A stretch of 64,000 bases of DNA from the human T2T-CHM13v2.0 reference genome, Homo sapiens. Under the pieces are notes generated by a model. That model saw nothing but the letters and a program-made list of their open reading frames with translations. It was not told the origin of the DNA and did not search any database. The stretch lies in the NCBI RefSeq assembly GCF_009914755.1, contig NC_060932.1. One strand, written 5' to 3'. Below, piece by piece: positions 28,703 to 39,160 of this stretch. The position numbers were made by a program, and so were the translations under genes. Every line of letters begins with the position of its first letter. Position 1 is the first letter of the stretch.

Positions 28703-29609
28703 CTCTCAATCACTACTCTAAAAAAAAGAAAAACAAAAAAAACCTCTTTCAATTAAATCAGAGCCCCCCAGAGGACACAGACTGCCTAATTTATTCCTGC
28801 CATCCTCTTAGCCTCTAACCTAGGAGATTCCATTATTGATGGTTACACTTCAACAAACTTTAAAATGCTTACTCAATTAAATAGATTTAAACTGTATTTA
28901 AACAATCCTGAACCTTCTTCTAAAAATGTAAAAATCCAGGCAAAAATAATATTTGCTGCAACCATCATTAAGCTAGATAAATCCCAGAGGTCAAGACCAA
29001 TGGCTCCAACAGTGTGACAAGGACAACTCTAAATTAAAGTGCATGCTACATCTGTAGCAACCTCTTCTTTAAAAATGTGTTGTTTCTGTGAGTAGCTCTG
29101 CAGTGAGCTGCCCGGAATTTAAAAAGACAATATATCTTTCAGCACTTTGGAAACTAAAAAGTACACATAAGCAAAACCTCAAGGAGACAAGAATAAATAA
29201 GAAAAGCCTACACTAAATCCCTGGCATCGTGCAGTCAGCCCGGGAAAAAGAAGCAAAGGGTGAGGGATGCAGTGGACACCTCTCTTCAGCAGTGGGGAGG
29301 GGATGCGGCTGTTGGGCTCTCAGTCAGACTGGCAAATGGATGCCATTTTTGAGTGGGGCCTCAGAGCCAGGTGAGACCACATCCCAACCCCACCCAGTGT
29401 TTTCCATGGAGTTTGCCCAGTTTGGGGTCATGAGGGCTGCAGTGGTATAGGAAGGACACTGGACTAATATAGGAGATCTGGGGTCACTTCCCAGCTGTTT
29501 GATCCCCTGGTGACTTCCTGGCTGTGTCACCTGGCTATCTGGCCTGGAACCTCACACAGCAAGTGAGTGAATGAGTTTCAGTGAGTATGGGATGGACCAC
29601 TAGTACTAA

Positions 29610-30140
29610 AGCCAGATAGACCTGTATTTAAATCCCAGCTCAGCCTTTACTAGCACCAGTGTCTTGTACAAGTAATTTATAAATTAGGTTAAACATTCTT
29701 TAAAGGCAGGGACTGCAGCTTATTCATCATTGTATTCCCCTACCTAGGAAACAATAGGTGCTCAATGTTGAATGAATGAACCTCTTTCAACCTTGGGTGT
29801 TACTGTGAACATTAAATGAGAAAATGAATATCAAGCCCAAGCATTTAGTAAGTGCTCAGTAAGTATAAATGATGATGACAGTGGGACTCTAATGTTAGTG
29901 ATGTAAAATCTGCTTTTTTGTGCCTCAATTTCCTTCACTATAAAATGGAATAATAATTGCTTTATAGGATCACGTTTGTAAGAAATTAGGATAAAATGAA
30001 TACAAAGCACTTTTTCCTCCCATCGAAGTTTTTACCTATCTCTATTTTAGCTCTTGTTATACTGCATGACAATTACCTTTCAATTGTTCTCCCACTCAGC
30101 ACAGTTGCTGGAAAATAGCAGGTGCTCAATAAATGTATGC
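29610..30140 (+). mobile_element. MIR and L2 3'-end fragments (L2 tail nested in MIR)
   Basis: aaatcccagctcagcctttactagc; aggcagggac...ggtgctcaatgttgaatgaatgaa; tgcctcaatttccttcactataaaatgg. Confidence 0.65.
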
Positions 30141-31276
30141 CACCTTAATTGCCTTTGTAATACATACAGAGTAGCATAATCATGAAAAATGACACTATAC
30201 AAAGATAACTGTCAATTTTGAAGGCAGTGAACATTCTAGTAATGCCATAAAGAATCTTTCTGAACAGAAAGCAAGTTTACAAACTGTGCATTTAATGCCA
30301 ATGCATAAATGTATTAATATTCTCCTGTCCTTGCCAATTTCTGGGGGATTTCCCATCTATAGAGTCAGCATTTCAGATCAGTGTGCCTTATAGATTGCGG
30401 TTCACATCTTTCCTGAAGTGGAAAATCATTCTTGGCTTTTGTCCAAGATTCTTACTTCTTTAGTTTTATTTAAATGGTTTCTAATTTGGTTTATTTCATA
30501 AATTACGACAGTATACTGATCTTCCAGGTCATAAGTAAAGGTATTTCCCTCACAAAAGCCTACTAAGAACTTCAAAGCAGTTCAGACATTTCCATCCATC
30601 ACCCGTCACCTTCTCTCACTTCCAACTGGTCATCCAGTCCCATGACATCTTTTTAGCTGAGCCAGATATGAGCAAACATTTCAAGAATCTTTATGAAACT
30701 TAAAATGGAGCTAATTTACTGCATTTGTAAATTTTGCTAAAAAAATGAAATAATTAAGGCCCTCTCAGCTACAGTAAAATGTGGACATTGTGAAGGAATA
30801 AGACTTATACTCAGCCTAGTAGAAAATGACAAACATGCTCAGGTATTGATTAGCACAAAGCTAGGGAGTAGCAAGGCAATGCGTTTTGACTCATTGTTGG
30901 CAGACATGGTAATCAATCAAACCGTACCAAAGTTCTGAATCTTTTTCTATGTGATGTGAAACAAATGACTCCTATGCAGCAGCATGCAAGTCCTGTTGCC
31001 TTCTCTGCAGCTCTGTTCTTCTTACCCACTCCTGAAAGCACTTCCAAATGCAAGGGAGCTAGATAGCCATTCAACTGGGAGAACCTGGAGACCACGCTAA
31101 TTTTTAAGTTAGTTATTGGCAGTACTAGTACACACTAGTAACAAGCTGATAGTAATTAGTTATAATTACTATAGACCATCTTTCCATCTTGCGACTGATT
31201 GCAACACATTAGTGTGTTCTAACTGCGTAAGAATCGTCCAGAAATATTAAGATAATTGAATAGAATAGATAGGCAC

Positions 31277-31638
31277 TACTATCGTCTGAATATTTGTGTC
31301 CCTCCCAAATTTATACGTTGGAATCCTAACGCCCAAGGTGATAGTAACTAGGAGGTGGGGCCTTTTGAGAGGTAATTAGGCCACCAGAGCAGAGCCCCGG
31401 TGAATGGGATTGGTGCCCTTATAACAGGCCCCAGAGCGCTCTTTCACTCTCCCACCATGTGAGGACGGTGAGAAGGTGCCAACTATGAACCAGGATGCGA
31501 GCTCCCACCAGATGCTGAGTCTACTGGAGGCTTCATCTTGGACCTCCCAGGCTTCGGAACTGTGAGAAAAAAATTTCTGTTGTTTATAAGCTACCTGTTT
31601 ATGGCATTTTGTTATAGCAGCCTAAATGTACTAAGCCA
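31277..31638 (+). mobile_element. MLT1A-type MaLR LTR
   Basis: tctgaatatttgtgtccctcccaaattt...ttctgttgtttataagc...ttttgttatagcagcc. Confidence 0.85.
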
Positions 31639-31907
31639 CCCGGAGTGCTCAGCCTGCTACCAGGCTGTTTTGTCTGGAGGGTAGATATTTATTTTCCCTG
31701 GTAAACTTGACTGTTTTAGCCCAGAGTGCAGCTTAATGATTTAAAAAATCCATCTGCCCTGCATTTTGCTAGGCAATCCAACTCCCCTAGTCGATTTAAT
31801 TTGCACGCTTTTAGTTGGGTTATTAGAATCATAACAAGTGGAATGGAGTCACAAATTTAGCTTGCTCTATAACCTGACTTTACAGGAAAAAAACATAATT
31901 TTAAAAT

Positions 31908-33041
31908 CCTATCCGGTAGCTCCTGCTGTGTAATAGCCTACCCCAAAATTTAGTGGATTCAAGCAGTTTTATTATTTCTCAAATATTTATTACTGGTTTA
32001 GTGGTTCTTTGAGCTGGGCTGGCTGGCTGGTTTGGAACTGGAAGGTCTAAGATCACTTCCCTTAGGTCTCTGGGCACTCAGCTAGGAATTGATTTCTGGG
32101 ACAGCTGGGGCCTGCCAAAAACAAACAGAGCTGGACATTAGTTAAAGGCAGTAACAAGATATTTTATTTAAAAACTACTGCAGTGGGGCAAGAGCTGAGC
32201 TCCATTCAGATTTGCAAAGGGGTGACTGGGTGTTTTAAAGGGAGAATCAGGGAGTAAGGAGAAGGAGCAAGTGGGGGCTCAGCACAGTGAGGAGGTGAAA
32301 AATTTACCAAAAAAAACAAAATCAAAAAAACCAAAAACAGGTAGAGAGTTGGTCAACATAAACGCAATCAGGCCAGCTGTGTCTGCTAATGGGCTTATCA
32401 AAGTCAGACTCCTACCCTCCCACCGAGACTGGGAGGCAGGGGCCCTGGACTTTCTGATGATTTCATTTCAAAGGAAGGGCCTGCAAGTCCCTGAGAAAGA
32501 CACTCTTGGGTTGTAGAGATACATATCCATCTCACAGGGACAGAGGAGGCATTCACAATTGTAAGCTTTTTTTTTTTTTTTTTTTTTTTAAATAAATGCT
32601 CTAAGAAGTAAGGTCTAGGGCTTGTCTCCAGGTGTTGGCTGGGACAAACTAAGTTATTTGGCAGCCTTGCCCCTTTTCAGACAGGAACTCAAGAGGGCGG
32701 TGGGGGCTACTAAAAGCAATGCTAGAGTTTAGTCGACTCCCTTAGTGCAGGGGTTTGGGCCGAATTGCTTCTGCACTTCTCAGGTGGGCTTCTCTGCACG
32801 TGGTCATCATCCCAGATGAGAGAGAAAGCAAGGCCCAGCCACAAGTACATTGTAAGCCTCTGCTTGCTTCATGTTTACTAATATTTCCTGGGCCAGAGAA
32901 AGCCAGATGGCCAAGCCCAGATTCAAGGGGTGGAGAAACAGATTCCCTCTCTGGCTGGGAGGAGCAGCATGGCTCTCTTGCAGAGGGGCGTGCAGAGGGG
33001 CGGGAGGAATCATTGCAGCCATCTTCACCAACAATCTACCA
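31908..33041 (-). mobile_element. Old MLT1 (H-J-like) LTR split by a MER67-like LTR
   Basis: tgctgtgtaatagcctaccccaaaatttagtgg; gccaagcccagattcaaggggtggagaaacaga...caatctacca. Confidence 0.7.
32113..32782 (-). mobile_element. MER67-like ERV1 LTR
   Basis: TG...CA ends; ctagagtttagtcgactcccttagtgcaggggtttgggccgaattgcttctgc. Confidence 0.65.
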
Positions 33042-33672
33042 GAAATTCTAGTCCAGCGCCAACCTGGCCTTTCTCCTGAGCCCCTATTTTCCAAGCAGAA
33101 AAAAATACAAAATTTTAGTCATATGTCTATCTCTGCTCAAAGCTTAGTGCATTCTGGTAATTTAAATAGCCTGTTTAGGTAGATGGAATCTCTGGAATAA
33201 AAATGCTCTTAGCCTCTGCTCTTCCTAATTTTCTCATGGTGTCTAGGGGGAGGGATGTGGCAGAGAAGCATTTGGTCTAGCTGCTGTTGGTCTGTTTGGG
33301 TCTTGAACATGCCACAGTGTGATTGAGATGCCAAGCCATGACCTAGCCAGAGCTGCATCAACCTGGAGAAAGGGGCACCTCTTTCTAATTGGCCACCCCA
33401 GGGGGGTGCCTTTTGCCTTCCCTCCGCCCAAAAAAGTACCTTCTTCTAATGTGCACAAAGACATCATCTATGCTAGCAGCAGTGGCCCAGGGCAACATTC
33501 TCTACTTCTCTAGTCTTCTGGAGGCTGTTCCTTAGTTGGCTGGGTACATCCTGCCCTCCTGGCCCTTGCAGTAGAAGCCTGTGCCTGGAGAGCTCCCCTA
33601 GTCACGATCTGACCTCCCCCAGCTTGCTGGGATCCAGTGGCACTTGCTGGCTGGATTGGCCTCCCCCAGCTC

Positions 33673-33844
33673 TTTATTTTTTTTATTAATTTTTATGGGT
33701 ACATAGTAGGTGTATCTATGGGGTACATGGGATATTTTGATATAGGCATGCAATGCATAGTGATCACATCATGGTAAATAAGGTATCCATCACCTCAAGC
33801 ATTTACCCTTTCTTTGTGTTACAAATATTCCAATTATACTTTTA
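33673..33844 (-). mobile_element. L1MA 3' end
   Basis: atgggtacatagtaggtgtat...gtatccatcacctcaagcattta. Confidence 0.85.
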
Positions 33845-34011
33845 GCACTCTGCTAAGTGTTTCAAGTCTGATTTTTCTTTTTATGCGCTAAAAGAAGGGG
33901 TCGATTTCCAGATATGGAAAATTGTTTCTCAAAAAAAAATCCTGGCTTATAAGACTATCTTATTGCATAATTGTACCTTGTACATCAGAAGCTATTAAGT
34001 TCCTGTTTGTG

Positions 34012-34048
<37 letters not shown>

Positions 34049-34098
34049 TAAATGCTAATCTCCACGACATTTTCCTGGGAGATGCTGGCAGACAGGAG

Positions 34099-34287
34099 GA
34101 GTGCTACTCTGAGTGAGGTCCAGGGACCTCAGCACCAGCACCACACAGGAGCTTGTGAGAAATGCAGATCCTCGGGGACTAGCCCAGACCTGATAAAGCA
34201 GAATCTTTAAAAACAGGGCCTAGGAATCTGGATTTAAAAAATTCTTCTGGGAGATGTTGGTGCCCACTAAAGTTTGAAAAGCATTGG
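34099..34287 (+). mobile_element. MER5A/B
   Basis: ggagcttgtgagaaatgcagatcctc...cactaaagtttgaaaagcattg. Confidence 0.7.
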
Positions 34288-34820
34288 ACTAGGGTATGGG
34301 GTTTGTACTACACTAAAAAATGCAGATGAGGAGTCTTCATTTTTATTTGGCCCTTCAAAGCTTCCCATGCTCTTTTCATGGAAGACTCTGGATCATTTGA
34401 GATGAAATCACTACAGTAGTTAGTGAACTGTCCACTCAGTAAATGTGCCATTTCTCAATAATTGGTCCCAAATGGCAAACGCAATAAACAAGGGCTCTTT
34501 CTCTCCCTTCTGTGTTATGTATGGTCTCTGTCGGGACCAAAGCCGAGATAGGAAAAGGAGGGTTATTCATTTGCCCTCCAGCTTTTTTATTTCACACACT
34601 CAGAAGCAGATACGGAAAAGAGGCAAGCGGTTGTGGAGTGAGCCTTAGGAGCCACCTATGCAGGAAGGCTCCCAAGACCCCACGATGCTGCCGTACCAGG
34701 CTGCTGTGGTGATTTTAAACAAGCCTAGTGGGAAGCAGCTGAGCCAGTATAGGAACTGGCTCCTTGTCAGCCTTTAAAAGGCTGTTAACTCTACAGCCAG
34801 TTAACTCTGCATCCAGGTGC

Positions 34821-34851
34821 TGCGGTATGGTTTGTGACACTAGAGGGCAGC
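34821..34851 (+). promoter_or_regulatory. Predicted CTCF site with upstream module
   Basis: TGCGGTATG-N5-TGACACTAGAGGGCAGC; core has one mismatch to CCASYAGRKGGCRS. Confidence 0.6.
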
Positions 34852-35353
34852 AGAGGGTCAGGTGTCTCTGCAGGTGGCTGGGGAGGTGTAGGACACCACC
34901 CAGGGAGGGGCTTGCAGCCTAGGGTGGCAGTGACAAAGAAGAGCCAAGGACACAGTCAAAACACAAGCCTCAGGGGCCAGTTGTGGAAATATCACTCCCC
35001 TCAAGGGAAATGATAGAATCCGAAACAAGAGCACCTGAGCCCAGAGAAGCCAGAATGGTGTTGGAACGCAGAGAGGATGAGAGCCGGAGTGAGGACCAGG
35101 CTGGAGGTACTGGGGTAACTCCCACCCTTGGGGACACACACGGTGACCTGGGGGCTGGTTTCTGCGGGAAACGTGGCTCTAAAGGCGTGCCAGCATGCCC
35201 AGCCCCTTGCACCGCAACAGTCTAAATTTACCCATGTCTTGGTTTTCTCTCCGACAGTAGGTGCTGCTCCCACTGCTGACTCATCTATTTCATGACAAGA
35301 AGTCTAAGGACTTAGTGACACAGCTCTTTAGCAGATCTGAAGTGGAGAGCAGC

Positions 35354-35824
35354 CTCAGAATGGCTGTGCTGCCCAAGGCCTCACCTCTGTGACAGACCCT
35401 GTGGAGCCCATCAGCCTCGAGTGCAGCAATCCATCAATCCATCAGCACGGGGGAGATGTTGTGTGTACTCCTCCTGCCACTCACCGGCCGGCGGGCCCTC
35501 TGGCGCTCATCTCCCTGCTTTCCCAAGGCTGCACATTTCTGAAGAGCACCTTGGAAATGGAGCCGCGGTTTCCCCTAATCTTGACCCCAAAGAAAAGATG
35601 ATCTTGACCTACATTGGAACCCGCCCCTCTGCCTGCCACTGGCCGGGGGCAGCCCATGCCGGTGCAGCCTCGGAAGGGCAGGGAGATGAGAGCCAGAAGG
35701 CCTGCCAGTGAGTGACAGGTGGAGGGCACATGACACCTCTCCGGTGCTGATGTATTGCTGCACTGTAGTGTGATGGGTTCCACAGTTACAGAGATGTGGC
35801 CTTGGGCAGCACAGCCATTCTGAG
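35354..35824. repeat. Long inverted repeat IR2: arms 35354-35534 and 35662-35824, 127-bp spacer
   Basis: Manual alignment 137/163 matches; outer 27 bp perfect; three small inserts in the left arm. Confidence 0.95.
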
Positions 35825-36971
35825 TCTCGTGAAAGGGAAGATGATAATTATTGTGCTGTCCCTAAGGTGCCCAGAGCTCTAGCAAACACTCTTTCCTGTT
35901 TTCTCTTCCACTCCCCTCCACAGCTGCATAATACTGTGATAAGCAAAGGGCCATCACCAGCATACTGAAAAATAAGAAAGAAATCCAAGAAAGACACCAC
36001 CTCTAAACATTACTGCCAGGAAGCCGCCTTACAAATGACAACCATTTCAGTGACAAGATAAAGTCTGTTGGAGGAGACAGTGCCTCCATAACAGCAGGCT
36101 GGATGTGCCCCTCCACCCCCTACATCTAATGGCATCACATGGTGGATGGGATGGTAAACAAGGCCAAGGGAGAGTGAAGCAGACAGCTCTGACTCTCATC
36201 TCTTGGCAGAAAAACCTGCATCAGATGTTTAGCTAATGTTTCTGTTTAGCTTTTCAGGGACATCTAGTATCTATACACAGAACCTCAGAGGTACTGGCCA
36301 GTTAAGTTAATGCAATAAGAAAATAAAAGTCATCACTCTCAGGAGAAAAGTAACCAAAGCAATTCTGTGATATACCATTAAGGAAACAACCATTTTTACG
36401 TTTTTAAGAATTCTTCCAACCAGTTGTTTAGATATCAGCTTTAGCAAGGAGTTATCAGAATATATAGCATCTACCAAATTCATTTTGTTTTACTTAAATA
36501 TAAAAGTAGCTGTGTCCATACTATATTATTTTTGAGTTACAGCAATATATTTATGGACTTGGAAAAACTTTCACTTGAATATTATTAAATTAAAAAGTCA
36601 AACCACTAAATAGTTTGCATTGTATGAATCCTCTTTGGGGAGAGACAAAAGGACGTGAACTAGTGTATTAGACAGACAAGATTATCAGTGCTTCTAGTTT
36701 TCTTTTACTTGTTGAGGTCTTAGTTTTGCAAAATAAGCAATATCTTTTTGTAAAGTTAAAAAAAAAATCAGCGTTCAGTAGCCATAGACAGAGTCAGGGA
36801 AAGGGCCTCTGTGGTAGAATTTTCCAGAGTCATGACATGGTCCAGGATTGCTTTGCGAACCCAAGTCCCAACAATTAGTGGGCATTTAGATATGCAAAAC
36901 TTATTTCTCAAATAGCAGGAATACTTCTTATAACCATCCGAAGCTCCAGGATCCCTGTGCTTCTTTTGAGT

Positions 36972-37043
36972 AGCATTTGAGAGAGAGAGATGCTATGTTT
37001 TGAGAGAAGCATTTGAGAGAGAGAGATGCTGTGTTTTGAGAGA
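36972..37043. repeat. 36-bp tandem duplication (1 mismatch)
   Basis: agcatttgagagagagagatgct(a/g)tgttttgagaga x2. Confidence 0.92.
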
Positions 37044-37529
37044 ACTTGGATGTGCAGTATTCACTCTGAGAAAAATGTCAACAAGATGGCACAGGAGGAC
37101 ACCTGGCAGCCACCAGCCGGCCTGTTTCCTGTCACTCTCTGGAGCCAACAGCTACTGGGCTCCTGGGACTTGCCCTGGGAGAGAGTGTTCATCTTTTGGT
37201 CTGTTTTTGCTTCACAGTGGCAGCTCACTGTCATTGTTCTAATGAACTTTTTACAAGGCTGGCACACAGATATAGAGATAGGAGTGGCCGCAGAATGGGC
37301 GAGGAGACAACAAAAGGGCACTAAGTGGATGGAGCCCCCTCTGGGCCCTGGGTTAGGCCTGGGCGATGCTTCTCTCCTTGTGTGGGCTATTGGGTTTCAT
37401 CCTTCTTGGATCCGTGTGGAGCAAGTGGCTTCTGTTTCCCATTCTAGGCTCAAAGACCATGGAGACAGAGGTTTAAAATTTTTTTATTAACTTAAAAAAG
37501 AAACTTGTAAACTGTTGAGTGGAGAAGCC

Positions 37530-37660
37530 TAGTACTGTCTTAAATACAGCATGAGTACCCACCTTAGCGTGATGTTGAGAGGATTAAACATTTCATATAA
37601 AGCATTTAGCATAGTGCCTGATATATCATGTCATGTTATAATAAATGGTAGCTGCTAATA
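37530..37660 (+). mobile_element. MIR fragment
   Basis: gttgagaggattaaa...aagcatttagcatagtgcctg...ataaatggtagct. Confidence 0.7.
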
Positions 37661-38425
37661 ATTTGGTTCTCATTTTTAAACATAAACCTGTTTATATTCC
37701 AAAGCTTGTTTGTTTGGAATAGTTTATAAGTTAGTTTGATGAATTCCTGTCCTATGGAGACCTGAGAGAAAGTTCTTAACTATCAAATAATGCTTAATTT
37801 GATACCCTGGGCATAGATTCCTTTGTATTTTTAAACTAACCACTCTATTTCGTTTCATTCAGTTTCAGAAGTTTGGGTATTCCTTGCAATGCCATCTCAT
37901 CCTGCCCATCTTAATATGGGTCTTTTTTTGTAGTTAGAGACCAATGAGGTTCCATCTTAATGCTTTCGTTCCTTGAAATTTCTATTAGTGTCTTTATTCC
38001 TTTTTAGATTGTGTAGCTGTATCCTGATGGGTTTTAGATGGAGTCAGCCCAGGGAAGTTTGCTATAGAAAAGGACTGGTGCTGATGACAGACTGTTCTCT
38101 TCTTACTGTTTAATGCCATAAAAATGAAACTCCTAGAGACAGCCAGGGAGGCTATTAAAAAAAAAAAAAGTGCTGAGCAATGACCAGCGGTGGCAATTCG
38201 TTCTGAAGATGACTCCAAGTGACAGCTTAGGTGAGTGATGGATATGTTTTTGTGTCTGCCAAGGTCTGGGGAAAAACAATCCTTCCTTCCCATTCTCAAT
38301 CCTCGTGGTTTAGCCATGTGATCTGGGCTTGTCCAGAGCTCTCTACCACCCAGGTCACAGCCAGTGGTGCTGAAACAGGGTAAATCAGTAACTTACACTG
38401 GACTTTTTCTATTAAGAAGCACTTA

Positions 38426-38603
38426 TTTTCTTCTTTTTCTTCTTTTCTCCTTCTTTTCTTCTTTTCTCCTCCTTCTCTCTTCCTCCTCATCTTTCTCTTT
38501 TCTTTCCTTCCCTTCTTTCCTTTTTTCTTTTCTTTCCTTTCTTTTCTTGCTCTTTCTTTCTTTCTTTCTTTCTTTCTTTCCTCTCTCTTTCCTTTCTTTC
38601 TTT
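38426..38603. repeat. Polypyrimidine (CT/TTTC) low-complexity tract
   Basis: Directly visible. Confidence 0.9.
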
Positions 38604-39160
38604 AAATTAGTATTGTTAACTGTAAGGATTACATAAATCTAGAGCTGCTGGTCATTGCCTTTGCCTTTACAAGGAGTGGTGGGAAAAATCCTCCCAAGAA
38701 TGGCGCTGAGAAATGGCAAGACAATTCCCTGATAGTATCTTGTGAGCCTCTGGGTCTGACCCTGCCAGAAACAAGCTGTGTCCTGGTCTTCACAGTTCTG
38801 AGCTGACAAAAGCAGGTCCCAGTTGGTTTCTGTCACTTGACAACTGAGAGACCTGTGTATTGCAAAGTTTACTGAGCAATATTTGCTACCTCCTTCTTTG
38901 TGTGGGGCACTGTGCTGTGCTCTACCTTGAGATATTTTCATTCTACTTTGAGGCAAATGAAACAGTCTTCAACAGTAGTGAATTGGTTCCTGAGAGCCCA
39001 CGGAACCTAATCCTTCGATATGCAGCAAGTCTTAAAAAAATCAAAGTTGGTCTTTTCATCAGCACCATCAGATTATTTAGTTTAACTACAAAAGCATATC
39101 TCATCTGAAGCATTGCTGTTTCCACTGTGAAGCTTCTACATCAGTGCACCAGGTGCTACT

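Noticed and set aside
33391-33410. CTCF-like ggccaccccaggggggtgcc
   Set aside because: Register and key core positions do not fit the motif.
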